Numbered from the stretch's first letter, positions 1-10,359 are shown. The stretch: DNA of 64,000 nucleotides from Myxococcota bacterium (GCA_036337435.1 JAYZEG010000011.1:32001-96000); one strand, 5' to 3'. Notes: generated by a model from the letters alone, not told the origin. Program-made: numbers and translations.

Positions 1-148
1 CTGCGACGCCAGTGACGCCGTCATTGGGTGCAGCCTGTAAGCCGGACGCCGATTGGGGATTGACCCCCCGTGCCTCAGTCCCGTTTTGCTCAATCGTGGG
101 TGGTGCGGTCGCTGTCAGTGCGCCACCGAGTTGGTTTATTCCTGGCAT
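1..148 (-). CDS. 5' end of a hypothetical protein running off the left edge (MPGINQLGGALTATAPPTIEQ...)
   Basis: Manual translation: ATG at 148 with GGAG 8 nt upstream, frame open to position 1; not in the ORF track. Confidence 0.5.
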   Translation of the reverse strand, partial: MPGINQLGGALTATAPPTIEQNGTEARGVNPQSASGLQAAPNDGVTGVA

Positions 149-543
149 CTGCTTGACTCCGTGTCTGTGCCGCGATCCACGTCTTATGTAGACCGTTATG
201 TTGCCAGTATACCGATCAAAACCTTCAAGATCTCCAAGAATTAGCTCAAAGACGCCTGCCAAAAGCTGTTTTCGGTTTTTAAGTATCCGTAAATAGGACT
301 CTTTATTCTTTTCTGACTGTTCGAATTAGTTTTCTTCTGCGCGGTCTTCTGGAGAAAAAATTGGCCCACGGAGGATCATTTATCCCCATCACGATGACTC
401 AGGTCGCCCCTTTTTTGTCAGCCAATCAATGCCATTGAAGGCCTGTTTTCGCAGGAAATTCGGCTGGAAAAGGTTTTCATGATACCCTGACCCATTCGGT
501 GGGTGAGCCCTCGTTTACGCCCATTTTTTTCAGGTCGAATCGG

Positions 544-1638
544 ATGTCTGATAGTCCAGAAATAGACGATAAAAAAGCTACATTGGCCGGTTTTAATCCG
601 GGTACACAATTGGCGATTAGGCTCTCGAGTCGGCTCCTTGTGTTCGTCTTGATCGGAGTCATTTTAGTGACTCTGAAGACGGTCTTGATTCCCTTTGTGC
701 TTGCGGTATTTTTGGCATTCTTACTGCGTCCAATCTCAGAAGAATTGACCAGACGCAAGGTACCGGCTGGCTTGGCCATCACCGTAGCTGAGTTGGTTGC
801 GATGATGCCCGTTATGGCATTGATTACGATCTTTCTCTCAACAGCGGGCCCGTTGAGTGAGCAGTTACCAAAATACCAGGACCAGATTGTTCATCAATTA
901 GGGCGGGCCATCGATGGTGCGTTGACGCGAGTCGGCTCGCCCAGTCGACGTGAAGCAATTCGCAAAGAGATTTCTCAGAATGTCGTGCCAGGGGTTTTGA
1001 ACAAGAGTGCTGAATACATTCAGCGAGGGATCCAGGCTGTAACCACAGCGCTCGGTACCTTTCTCCTCGCCCTGGTCTTCAGTGCATTTATGTTGCTAGA
1101 AATTGGACGGATTCGTGAAAAGTTTGTGTCGATTTTTGGTCGAAGTGAAAACCTCGCCGATGACTTAGAAGGTATCTCCAGTGATGTGAGGCGTTATGTG
1201 GTCGCGAAGACCTTCATCAGTGCAGTTACGGCAATCGCCGTTTGGATCTTTCTTGAATTAGTCGATGTCGATTTTGCCCCCTTCTGGGGATTGATTGCCT
1301 TTCCGCTGAACTTTATTCCGACGGTCGGTGCTTTCGTCGCATCGATTCCCCCGATTCTGCTGGCATCCATCGATCCCTCGCATTCTGGCTTCTCCGTTGT
1401 TGGCGTTGCCCTTGGACTCGTGATTTTAAATGGCTTTATCGGTGCCGTCCTCGACCCCCGCTATGTTGGAAACGCCGTCCGTGTGTCGCCTCTTGTCGTC
1501 TTCTTGTCCGTTCTGGTCTGGGGTGTTCTCTGGGGTCCAATCGGCATGATATTGGCGGTGCCCATCATGGTTTGTTTAAAAGTTGTTTGTGGCCGCGTAC
1601 CCGCGCTCAGTCCAGTCGCTCGTTTTCTCGAAGGATAA
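544..1638 (+). CDS. AI-2E (PerM) family transporter
   Basis: Multiple TM helices; family motifs LNFIPTVG and LxPLVVFLSVLVWGVLWGPIGMILAVP; start moved to ATG 544. Confidence 0.9.
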   Translation: MSDSPEIDDKKATLAGFNPGTQLAIRLSSRLLVFVLIGVILVTLKTVLIPFVLAVFLAFLLRPISEELTRRKVPAGLAITVAELVAMMPVMALITIFLSTAGPLSEQLPKYQDQIVHQLGRAIDGALTRVGSPSRREAIRKEISQNVVPGVLNKSAEYIQRGIQAVTTALGTFLLALVFSAFMLLEIGRIREKFVSIFGRSENLADDLEGISSDVRRYVVAKTFISAVTAIAVWIFLELVDVDFAPFWGLIAFPLNFIPTVGAFVASIPPILLASIDPSHSGFSVVGVALGLVILNGFIGAVLDPRYVGNAVRVSPLVVFLSVLVWGVLWGPIGMILAVPIMVCLKVVCGRVPALSPVARFLEG

Positions 1639-1648
1639 CGGTCGGGCC

Positions 1649-2716
1649 ATGTCAAATCGAGCATTCAAGACAGTTTTTTTGGGTGGCTTGAGTGGGGCTC
1701 TTGCAGCCCTCACCGTTCTGTGGTTTTCCAACACCTTTATGGCTGTCGAATTGGACCGGGACGACTTTCTGGTTCGAGTTTTTTCCGACGCCGCGCCGTC
1801 GGTCGTATCCGTGAAAGCGATTCAGGTCGAACGCGCCTATTTGAATCTGAACGTGAACGCGATTGAGCGTGGGTCTGGCACTGGTTTTTTTTGGGACAAG
1901 TCAGGTCATATCGTCACCAATTTACACGTCATCGTCGATGCCGATGCGATTCAGGTCACGACCAATGACCAGTCAACTTATGTCGCGCAGCTCGTTGGTG
2001 CAGCCCCATCCATGGACTTGGCAGTCTTGCGCATTAAGCCTGCGTCCGACAAAGCGCAGCCGATTCAGTTGGGACAGTCCCTGGGGCTTCAAGTCGGTCA
2101 GCAGGTTTTGGCCATCGGAAATCCATTTGGCCTGGACCAATCACTGACGACAGGTGTTGTCAGTGCTTTGGGTCGGTCTATCGAATCTCTTGTCGGAACC
2201 GAGATTGCTGATGTGATCCAGACAGATGCTGCCATTAATCCTGGAAATTCTGGCGGGCCACTCCTGGACATTCGCGGTCGACTCATCGGGATCAATACCG
2301 CGATTCGGAGCCCCAGTGGAGCGAGTGCCGGTGTGGGTTTTGCCGTTCCTGTCAATACAATCAAACGGGCGATCCCAGACTTGATCGCCTATGGCCGCAT
2401 TCGAAGACCGACCCTTGGTCTTCGGCTCGCGCCCCGTCATATTGCCAATCGTTTACGGCTAGAGGGTGTTCTCGTGTGGACTGTCAACCGCGGCGGCCCA
2501 GCGGACAAGGCGGGGATTCAGCCCACTGGGTATGATCGGCTCGGTCGATTGAAATTTGGTGATTTGATCGTTCAAGTGGATGACGTTCGAATTCGGACAG
2601 AGGAGGAATTGATCGCGACCCTTGAAAAATACAGGCCAGGCGATGTTCTTCAAATCCGCTTACTCAATGGATCGCGCACTCGCACCGTAGCCATCAAACT
2701 CTCCAGTTTGAAGTAA
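1649..2716 (+). CDS. HtrA/DegP-like trypsin serine protease with one PDZ domain
   Basis: GSGTGF, VTNLHV, IQTDAAINPGNSGGPL catalytic motifs; C-terminal PDZ (GPADKAGI); N-terminal TM anchor. Confidence 0.95.
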   Translation: MSNRAFKTVFLGGLSGALAALTVLWFSNTFMAVELDRDDFLVRVFSDAAPSVVSVKAIQVERAYLNLNVNAIERGSGTGFFWDKSGHIVTNLHVIVDADAIQVTTNDQSTYVAQLVGAAPSMDLAVLRIKPASDKAQPIQLGQSLGLQVGQQVLAIGNPFGLDQSLTTGVVSALGRSIESLVGTEIADVIQTDAAINPGNSGGPLLDIRGRLIGINTAIRSPSGASAGVGFAVPVNTIKRAIPDLIAYGRIRRPTLGLRLAPRHIANRLRLEGVLVWTVNRGGPADKAGIQPTGYDRLGRLKFGDLIVQVDDVRIRTEEELIATLEKYRPGDVLQIRLLNGSRTRTVAIKLSSLK

Positions 2717-2717
2717 T

Positions 2718-3539
2718 TCACTTCGCAGGGCTTCTAAAAATGACCCTGAGTGAAAATTGGCAACCTTGGTCCAGTGGGCGAATTGCGGTCATGCGCTCCA
2801 TGATGCAGTTTCGTGGTCCACTGTGTCCGAACATGGATTCTTCCAGAACGATTCGCGGACTTGGTGGACTCGCATCAACGGCGAATAGAAGCCGCCCCGT
2901 ATGTCGATTTTGGAGTCCAAACTCTCGATGGCAACTTCGAAAGATTTTGGTTTTGTCAAGCCAACGCTTGAGGCGTTTTTGCCTGCATGTCTCACTGAAT
3001 TCAGAGGCACGCACGTTGGCGACAATTTGATTTTGGACGTGTCTAGCGACGGGGTCAGTGGGTCCGTCAGCTTTAGATGCCACTCGAATCCGCCGAGACG
3101 GTGGGCTGTTTCGAAGAATGGGTGTTGAAAACCGTTTTGGGATGTTGGACAGACGACTCCGGTCATGGGTCATGTCGACAATGGGTTTAAGTGTGGGCTC
3201 CCAGCCGGCGATCAGCCACCCAAGAGCCTGTTTTTCACACCAGATGGTCATGATGAACTGCCCATTACCAGAGACCATAAAGTCTCCGACCATACGATTG
3301 TCGACTCGTCTTAGACGGACCAAGGTCGGGTTACGCCATACACTTTCAGGTCCGATGGGGAAACTGGCTGAATCGAGCTCGGGTATGAACCACTTCGACC
3401 GCTTTTCTTTGGGGGTTTTTGCCGCGTTATAGACGACATCAGCCACGCGCTCAAAGATGTTTTCGGGTTGACTATGGTCACTGGGCGTTACGCAGCTGAA
3501 CAGCGCGAGAGCTGCAATGATGAGTGCTCGACGATTCAT
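2718..3539 (-). CDS. Hypothetical lipoprotein with possible AgmX/PglI-like (TonB-C-like) C-terminal domain
   Basis: Lipobox MNRRALIIAALALFSC; ATGA overlap with upstream gene; C-terminal RSCH...GRLLFAV...ESMFG...NCIM...VIF pattern. Confidence 0.6.
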   Translation of the reverse strand: MNRRALIIAALALFSCVTPSDHSQPENIFERVADVVYNAAKTPKEKRSKWFIPELDSASFPIGPESVWRNPTLVRLRRVDNRMVGDFMVSGNGQFIMTIWCEKQALGWLIAGWEPTLKPIVDMTHDRSRLSNIPKRFSTPILRNSPPSRRIRVASKADGPTDPVARHVQNQIVANVRASEFSETCRQKRLKRWLDKTKIFRSCHREFGLQNRHTGRLLFAVDASPPSPRIVLEESMFGHSGPRNCIMERMTAIRPLDQGCQFSLRVIFRSPAK

Positions 3540-4597
3540 CGAGTCGACCCTGCAAGGCCGATGCGTAGATCGGGTCGCTGCCGATGAACAAGTGCCATCC
3601 AGTCCAGGAAGGCGCGATACTCGATCGTACTCTGACTTTCGATAATGACTCCCTTGCGCATCGCCCCACGGGATTGCCCTATTTTTAGCGCATTTAGAAG
3701 GGGTCTGACCTGCTTGAGCGACCCACCAATCTTCGCGCCTTTCGAATGAGTGCCATCCCGCAAATGAAGTGCTTCCGAAGAGAGTGATAGATGCCAATTG
3801 GAATGGTCTCCTTCAGCGAGCTCGATCACGGCCAACGGAAGCCAAATAGGCCCGTTCTTGGACCGCGCAAGCAGTTGTATGCTCTCAGCCCCAGCCTGAG
3901 TAGACCAGCTGACCAGTTTGTGCAGCAGGCTCATGGGCGCGTGGCTGGACAGGCCGAGGGCGGTGTGTGGTCTATACGTCGCGAAGGCTTTTGTAGACGC
4001 TCTTCTACGGGCTGTGATTTCTTTTTTTATGAGCTTGATCGCTTGGGCTTCAGTGTATGATCGAAATGGGCGGCCATCGATCGAGATCGAGTCGCCATCG
4101 GCACAGATCAACACCGCAGAATTCGGTCGGCCTTGGTCGTCGCGGCCCATGAGACCACCGGCCCAAGACTGACCTGAACTCAATCGAGGAAGACCGGAGT
4201 CACTGAGCAAACGCAAGCTATTCCGTAGGGCCTGTCGGTTGAGAAAATCTGTGATTGACCAGCCATGGGTTAATCGGCGAATTTGAACGTCTATTTCGAG
4301 CGGCCAATGGTCTAATTTGGCTGCATACGTTGCCCGTCGATGGGTGGCGTCTACGACAACAAAGTCTGAGATGTGGTCAACGACAAAACGGTCCATCGGG
4401 AGCGTTCGAAAAAACTGAAGGTCGTCAGACAGGGCGTCATCGTAAATGCGACTGTCGCCAACAACTTTCTGCTTTAATTCGTCGAGCCCAACTTCTGCGG
4501 CGAGCCAAGCATTGGTTATATTGATTTTTTTTTCGCATCCGAAAAGGAGACATGAACAAGCGATTAGGCTCATACCAAGGTCAATCCACCTACTCAC
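3536..4597 (-). CDS. Hypothetical lipoprotein with two ExbD/TolR-like periplasmic modules
   Basis: Lipobox LLFGC; segments ALGLSSHAPMSLLHKLVSWSTQAGAESIQL and VIIESQSTIEYRAFLDWMALV resemble the ExbD C-domain. Confidence 0.55.
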   Translation of the reverse strand: MSRWIDLGMSLIACSCLLFGCEKKINITNAWLAAEVGLDELKQKVVGDSRIYDDALSDDLQFFRTLPMDRFVVDHISDFVVVDATHRRATYAAKLDHWPLEIDVQIRRLTHGWSITDFLNRQALRNSLRLLSDSGLPRLSSGQSWAGGLMGRDDQGRPNSAVLICADGDSISIDGRPFRSYTEAQAIKLIKKEITARRRASTKAFATYRPHTALGLSSHAPMSLLHKLVSWSTQAGAESIQLLARSKNGPIWLPLAVIELAEGDHSNWHLSLSSEALHLRDGTHSKGAKIGGSLKQVRPLLNALKIGQSRGAMRKGVIIESQSTIEYRAFLDWMALVHRQRPDLRIGLAGSTR

Positions 4598-5781
4598 GGC
4601 TCGGTGTTGCCTTGTCCAGATATGCTGTTTGTCAGCGTTCCATCTTCAGCCAAGAATTCGCACCGGCTGTCCTTGCCAAGGCGCTCGCGTTGACCGATGG
4701 CTCGACTCTTAGAAAAGGCGATTAAATCGTATCGGTATATTTTTGAGAAAGCGCGATTTTCTGGCGTTCGGTCACGTTTCTGAAGCTCAAGGGTCTTGAG
4801 CCCAGTGGCGGTACATACTTTAGCGTGGACTCGCCCTTTTTCCTTGAATTGTTCGCTGATGACTCGAGCGGGTGTGAGTGGGCTGGTGAGTTGACTTTCC
4901 GTCTTTTTGAACAAAAACCAGGTTGCCTTGAGTGTCTCTCGTCGCGTGCCCACCTGCGCATCAACGAGTTCCATGAATTCAGGCCGTTCAAACCCCCAGG
5001 TATCGTGGCACCAGTCTGTATCATGCTGCAGCATGGGGCAACCCTCGTCGTGTGGACAAGGGGCAGCGATGTGCCAGCCTTGCTCTACGCATGCATCGCG
5101 AAATTGAATGATATGTCGACTTGGCACCTGGGCCGCCGGCTCGATGACCAGAATTTGCCCTTCCTTTGTGAGTAGACCCTTGAGTTCGCGAGACATGAGT
5201 CGAAGCCGGTCCTCATTCAACTCATTGAGTACGTTCATGCAGAGGACTAAGTCGAAGGGCGGCGGATCATCTAACTGACGCGCGATTCCTCGCGATAAAT
5301 CAACCAGTTTGTAGTCTACATGGTCCAGCTTCAGTGCATCTGACAGACGTCGAGCTGCGTCCAGTGCTTCAGGGACACGGTCGGTGGCGATATGTTCGAT
5401 TTCAACGCCCTGGGTCTCAGCCAGACATCCAAGGGAGGCAATACCCGTTCCTGGACCGCATCCAAGCTCGAGGACACGCAAGGGTCGATCGAGCTTTGGC
5501 AATGGCCCAAGACGCTCAACGATTGCATCCAGCTTTGGTGCTTGTGCACAAACCATATAGGTTGCATATGCAAGACACACGTCTCTGTCTTTTAAATACC
5601 GGGATTTGATAAAGCGCTTTCGGTCGCGAGTCAGTCCGCGATGAAGTTTTTCGAGCCCCCGGGATACTTGGGCCACATGGCGTGAGTCGCATAGCGGCCC
5701 GTAGAGAGCATCGAGTGCGCTTAAAATCTTTGTCGGTACGCTCCGATACGACTCTTTTGATTGGTAGATCCGCCGACTCAT
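4594..5781 (-). CDS. Rsm22/METTL17-family SAM-dependent methyltransferase
   Basis: VLELGCGPG motif I; LVIEP; signature IAAPCPHDEGCPM...WCH Cys cluster. Confidence 0.85.
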   Translation of the reverse strand: MSRRIYQSKESYRSVPTKILSALDALYGPLCDSRHVAQVSRGLEKLHRGLTRDRKRFIKSRYLKDRDVCLAYATYMVCAQAPKLDAIVERLGPLPKLDRPLRVLELGCGPGTGIASLGCLAETQGVEIEHIATDRVPEALDAARRLSDALKLDHVDYKLVDLSRGIARQLDDPPPFDLVLCMNVLNELNEDRLRLMSRELKGLLTKEGQILVIEPAAQVPSRHIIQFRDACVEQGWHIAAPCPHDEGCPMLQHDTDWCHDTWGFERPEFMELVDAQVGTRRETLKATWFLFKKTESQLTSPLTPARVISEQFKEKGRVHAKVCTATGLKTLELQKRDRTPENRAFSKIYRYDLIAFSKSRAIGQRERLGKDSRCEFLAEDGTLTNSISGQGNTEP

Positions 5782-7232
5782 CTTCGTCGCAATTCCTGAA
5801 TCAAACTGCGAAGCGCAGTCTTCAGTTTTCGGGCCTTCTTTGTTTTCAGTTCGCCCCGTTCAGTCAGGACATCATATTCGTTCGTTGCAACCTCTAAAGC
5901 GCGCTTTTTATCTGGGCGAGGCGTAGCCCGCAGGAGTCGGGCTAAACGGAGTCCAGAGCTGGCGACATCCAGTCGCAAAGACCAGGTCTTCGCTGATTCG
6001 TCCGACAGTGAATTTGCAAATAAGTATGCCTTTTCAGCGATCTTGCGTGCGTCAATTATTCGGTCCAAACGACCCAGAAGTTGGGCATAGTTTCCCATGG
6101 ATATCAGCTTGGCACGACGTCCCTTTTCCGTCAGAGACTCTGCGGCTTGATAAGCTGATTCATAAGCCGCCAAGGCGCGTTTGTTTTTTTTCGTTTCTGA
6201 ATAAAACGCGCCTTGATGATTGAGTGCGCGCACCCAGGATAGCCGTAATTTTTGCCGCTTCGGGTACTGGGTGACAGTGGCTGCCAGCGTCTTGACAGCG
6301 AGTTGATGAAGACGTTCAGCTTCATCCACATTACCTTTCTTTTGGAACAGGTCAGCCAATCGGGCTCGTCGCGCTGCCAGCATGCCCTGAATTGTAGCAC
6401 TTTTGTCGTCTAATCGAGCACTCACTGCCAGAGCGACCAGCGTTTCTTTTTCGAATTCAATTTGACGTTCTGTGTCATTTTTTTCGCGCGCGAGCTGACT
6501 GGCCGCTTCTGCAATTTGATAGGGCAGTGAATTCAGTCGCCGGTTTTGTTCATCGGCGGTGGTGCCGCTTCGTGACCACGTCAACCCTTTTCGGCTCGCT
6601 GCATAGGATGCATCAAAGTCGTCTTCCAAGCCCGCAGCTTTAGCCACCTGCGCCCAGCCGCGCGCAAGCATCTCTCTGACACTCGCTGATGGCGGAACTG
6701 TTTCCGTTGTCTTGGACACAGCTTCGATCGCTCCCTGTAAAATTGCTCTGGCATCTGGTTCGGCCAGTGCCCCGGCTTCGGCATAGGCCACCGCAGTAGA
6801 AATCCGATCCCGTCGTGCTCTTGTATCCGTCGGTTGTGATTCCAAAAGCATCGTTGCCAGTTTTACGGCCTCGTCAGACCATCGGTATGCTGCCTTAAAA
6901 TCTTTGCGGTGCTTTGTCCAGTGGCTCAACTGTTTCAAAATGACCAGTTTGCTTCGTTTGAGCTTGATGCTGTCCGGACGCTCAAGGATCGCTTCGTCTA
7001 TGGCTTCATACGCAGTCTTATATTCATCTTCCGCATGTCGAAACTGTTTGTTTATGGTGGCTCGCTGTGCTCTCTCCAAAGCTCTGTCGACTCGTGCTTT
7101 TGGACTTTGCTCCCTCTCTTTCATCGCTTCGATGCGTCTAAACTCGCTCCATTTATAGAAGCCGATAGATGCTGCGATAACCACGAAGATCGCCAGTAAC
7201 AGTTTTGCTTGGGTCGGGATTTTTTGTGACAT
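5778..7232 (-). CDS. Membrane-anchored TPR-like helical repeat protein
   Basis: N-terminal TM segment; Ala/Leu-rich helical repeats (LADLFQKKGNVDEAERLHQLA, GNYAQLLGRLDRIIDA). Confidence 0.75.
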   Translation of the reverse strand: MSQKIPTQAKLLLAIFVVIAASIGFYKWSEFRRIEAMKEREQSPKARVDRALERAQRATINKQFRHAEDEYKTAYEAIDEAILERPDSIKLKRSKLVILKQLSHWTKHRKDFKAAYRWSDEAVKLATMLLESQPTDTRARRDRISTAVAYAEAGALAEPDARAILQGAIEAVSKTTETVPPSASVREMLARGWAQVAKAAGLEDDFDASYAASRKGLTWSRSGTTADEQNRRLNSLPYQIAEAASQLAREKNDTERQIEFEKETLVALAVSARLDDKSATIQGMLAARRARLADLFQKKGNVDEAERLHQLAVKTLAATVTQYPKRQKLRLSWVRALNHQGAFYSETKKNKRALAAYESAYQAAESLTEKGRRAKLISMGNYAQLLGRLDRIIDARKIAEKAYLFANSLSDESAKTWSLRLDVASSGLRLARLLRATPRPDKKRALEVATNEYDVLTERGELKTKKARKLKTALRSLIQELRRR

Positions 7233-7247
7233 ATTGAGCAGTCTAAC

Positions 7248-8762
7248 CTAGCCGCGGTCGTGCGGCCATCTCCAAACGAATGTCTTTTGATTTGAGGGCC
7301 CTGCGCAGGGGAAGTCAATGGCGGGCGGACAGACTCTCTCCAATTTCAGAGAGGAGGCCCCTTTTTGGACCAGCTTCGCAAATTGCAGGGGTTTGAGTCC
7401 GCGATGATTGGTCGATGTCCACAGGAGTCCATTTGGCGCGAGAAGCTGCGTTGCGAGCCGAACCAGTTCTGGGTAATCATTACGTGCAGACCATCGTTTC
7501 TTTTTTGAGCCAACACTTGTACTCGGTGGGTCGAGAATCACAAGGTCGAACCGAGCCCCGCGCTTTGCCAATTTCGGTAGCCATTGGAAAACATCGCCGT
7601 AAATCCAGTCGTGTCGGTCTGTATCGATCCCAAGATGAGCCATTTGCTTCGGGATGAATCCGGTCCAAAATTTTGACAGATCGATGCTCACGGTCTCGGC
7701 ACCGCCGATGGCTGCGGCAATGCTGAACGCGCCTGCGTGACCAAAGGTGTTCAACACCCGCATCCCTTTTGCATGCTCCGCTAACCAGGCCCGCTGAGGT
7801 CTCTGATCCAAAAACAAACCCGTCGACAGTTGTTGTCCTAAGGTGACACAGTACGGAACGCCATGCTCTAGTACTTGTATCGTTTGAGCTGCGGGCGTTC
7901 CATGGATCAAGGTGGGCTTACTCTGGCCGCCATGTGATCGATCTTTCTGTCCTTTGGTTAAGTAGACACCTTTTGATTGGCTCAACGGGAATTCTTTCGC
8001 ATCAGCGTCTTGCTGAACCCAAAGAAAATCGCCGAAGCGGTCTACATACCAACCAGGCTGTCCGTCGGCAGCACCATGTATTTCTCTAAAACATGTGGTC
8101 GTTTCATCGGTTCGTAAGTCATGCCTCAACGCCGCAGGGTCTGCTCGAAGACCTGTGGCGAAATCTGCTGGAGGCGGGCTTACCCACTTGGGTCCATCGG
8201 GAAGTTGCAACGAATGGCAGTGCAAAAGTGTTCTTGGAGCCCGTCTATCCAGTGGGTCACCGTATCGTCCGTCTCCTCGTATTGGATGACCATTGGCTGC
8301 TAGATGAATCCTGATTTGGTGTCGCCGACCCGTCACAGGTTCGCACTCAACTACAATCCCAGCGGGTGACTTTGAGACGACATGGAACCGAGTTAATGCT
8401 GTCTTATGTCCCGGTCCTGGCATAGGGCTGTCCATAGACCCGTTATTTGGTAAGTCCCAGGCATCAACAATGGCCAAATACCGTTTCTTTAACGTTCGCC
8501 GTTCCAGCGTCTCTTGTAGTTTTTTTGCGCCGGTTGAGCTGACAGAGAGAATCAACAACCCAGTGGTGTCGACATCGAGTCGCTGATGAACGCCGACTGG
8601 GATCGTGCACCACTCGGTGACACTGGGCCGTTGGCTCTGCCCGTCGGGGTGGGTCAGCCAGCCTGCTGGCTTTGAAACCACCCACAGGTCATCGTCGCGG
8701 TGCACGGTGACTGGCGTCTGGCCCGGGATTGGCAGCGAGTCAGGGTATTTGGGCTTCAACAT
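7248..8762 (-). CDS. Fusion of RluA-family pseudouridine synthase and RlmI/RlmK-type class I SAM methyltransferase
   Basis: N-terminal KPAG, HQRLDVDTTG, TGRRHQIRIH, GDGRYG; C-terminal TGLFLDQR, VLNTFGHAGAFS, FDLVILDPP. Confidence 0.92.
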   Translation of the reverse strand: MLKPKYPDSLPIPGQTPVTVHRDDDLWVVSKPAGWLTHPDGQSQRPSVTEWCTIPVGVHQRLDVDTTGLLILSVSSTGAKKLQETLERRTLKKRYLAIVDAWDLPNNGSMDSPMPGPGHKTALTRFHVVSKSPAGIVVECEPVTGRRHQIRIHLAANGHPIRGDGRYGDPLDRRAPRTLLHCHSLQLPDGPKWVSPPPADFATGLRADPAALRHDLRTDETTTCFREIHGAADGQPGWYVDRFGDFLWVQQDADAKEFPLSQSKGVYLTKGQKDRSHGGQSKPTLIHGTPAAQTIQVLEHGVPYCVTLGQQLSTGLFLDQRPQRAWLAEHAKGMRVLNTFGHAGAFSIAAAIGGAETVSIDLSKFWTGFIPKQMAHLGIDTDRHDWIYGDVFQWLPKLAKRGARFDLVILDPPSTSVGSKKKRWSARNDYPELVRLATQLLAPNGLLWTSTNHRGLKPLQFAKLVQKGASSLKLERVCPPAIDFPCAGPSNQKTFVWRWPHDRG

Positions 8763-8776
8763 GGGTCAGCTCAGCT

Positions 8777-9349
8777 TCAGCGTTCTACACACTCTCCATC
8801 CACGCAAGAGCGCAGAAGGCCACAGGTGTCCATCGTCTCATCGCAGGCGACATCTGTCTGGTTGGACACACAAATACCCGTGCTGGCACAGAAAGGTCTT
8901 GGCTGAACACATTCACCGTCGTCACGGCATTCCACACAGGTTCCAATTTGACTGTCGCCAAGAACCAGGCACTGCGCTCGATTTGGATCTTGGCAGTCGA
9001 GTGGGTCGCGACAAATATCCTGTGATTCAGTAGTGCACAGGCTATCTATGCCGCAGAATGGTCGTTCCATTGGGCAATAGGTATTGTCAAGACACTCGGC
9101 GCATACCCCACCGAGACCATCGTCGCCCACCAGGCAAATCAAGCTCGGGTCGCCGCAGTCATCATCGTTCATGCAGCCTGACATCATCACGGCATCTACA
9201 TCACCTCGGTCGGCTTCGATACCGGCATCCTCGACGGATAGATCCAGCTCGAATGTTGCGTCTGTACCACCCAGAAAGTCATCATCGGGCTCGCAACCCG
9301 TGCAGATCCAGATGCTCAGCAGCATAATGATTGGTCGTTGAAGATTCAT
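8777..9349 (-). CDS. Cys-rich lipoprotein with EGF/Dickkopf-like CxxDxDC repeats
   Basis: AAGGAGG RBS before ATG 9349; lipobox ICTGC; repeated CxxDxxC...PFC...C units. Confidence 0.75.
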   Translation of the reverse strand: MNLQRPIIMLLSIWICTGCEPDDDFLGGTDATFELDLSVEDAGIEADRGDVDAVMMSGCMNDDDCGDPSLICLVGDDGLGGVCAECLDNTYCPMERPFCGIDSLCTTESQDICRDPLDCQDPNRAQCLVLGDSQIGTCVECRDDGECVQPRPFCASTGICVSNQTDVACDETMDTCGLLRSCVDGECVER

Positions 9350-9394
9350 GGCACCTCCTTTAGTTTTGGTTCTTAGGTCAGAGTTCAATTGCAT

Positions 9395-10282
9395 TCAAGT
9401 ATTGATTATGTGATCGACCACGGCGTCGGCCGCCTCCAGTGGCAAAAAGTGACCTGCTGATTGAAGTCTGCTCACCGGATAGGCAACCGAATCGAATAAG
9501 GATTGATGAATGCATCGGTCATCTGTTCCTACCAAACAGCTGACGGCGTGCTGAGGTGCCTTATTCATCAGGCTCCACGTGGCTTTACCGTGGGGACCGA
9601 GGAATGGGACGTTGTGCCGGTAATAAGAAAGAGCCGCCTCCAATCGACCTCTTTCTCTCAAGGTCGATTTGACCTGTTCGATTCGGTCTCTCGGTGGGGT
9701 CCAGCTGGGACTCCATCTTGTCCAAAGGTCATCAATGAGGCGGAGGCCACGCTTACGAATAAACCAATCAGCCCAAGACCCAGCTTGAAAAAAAAGCATG
9801 TAACGGCTGCGAAAGAGTTGGGCTGAAACGGGCAGCGTTGATCTCAGGAAAATCGGTATCGGTGGTACGGATAAGGCAACAACTTGAGAGATCCGTTCGC
9901 AGCCAAGTGCGCTTACGGCGTATGCGATCACAGCACCCCAGTCGTGACCCACCAAGGTGCACTCTCTCGCATCGATCACCTCGAGTAGCTCAATCAGGTC
10001 AGCGGCCAGTACAGAGAGGTCATAGCGGCCGTCCCAAGCGAGTGCTGATGGCGCATATCCCCGCAAAAAAGGAGCCCAAACAGTGTGGCCCAGATGGGCA
10101 AGCCGGGTGGCCATGATCTGCATCGACCAGGCGTTGTCAGGAAATCCATGCAAGAGCACGATGTGTCGAGGCCCATCTCCCCAGCGGAGGACATGCAAGT
10201 GTTGCTTACGGCAATTGAAATCGAGTTCGACAGGCCGGTGCCCACGCGAGTTGATTATTGGATTTGAATCGGGGGGGGTCAC
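9395..10282 (-). CDS. Alpha/beta hydrolase, epoxide hydrolase-like
   Basis: HGFPD, LRGY, GHDWGA (Asp nucleophile), AGHFL. Confidence 0.9.
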   Translation of the reverse strand: MTPPDSNPIINSRGHRPVELDFNCRKQHLHVLRWGDGPRHIVLLHGFPDNAWSMQIMATRLAHLGHTVWAPFLRGYAPSALAWDGRYDLSVLAADLIELLEVIDARECTLVGHDWGAVIAYAVSALGCERISQVVALSVPPIPIFLRSTLPVSAQLFRSRYMLFFQAGSWADWFIRKRGLRLIDDLWTRWSPSWTPPRDRIEQVKSTLRERGRLEAALSYYRHNVPFLGPHGKATWSLMNKAPQHAVSCLVGTDDRCIHQSLFDSVAYPVSRLQSAGHFLPLEAADAVVDHIINT

Positions 10283-10359
10283 TCAAAATTCCTTTAACGA
10301 AAACGTTTCAATGTGTTCTGGTCAGCCGGGTCTATCCGTGGCTCAAAGCATTGTGGAGA

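Noticed and set aside
3540..3797. N-terminal extension of ORF 2718..3797
   Set aside because: Lies inside the upstream gene; the lipoprotein signal and ATGA coupling point to a start at 3539
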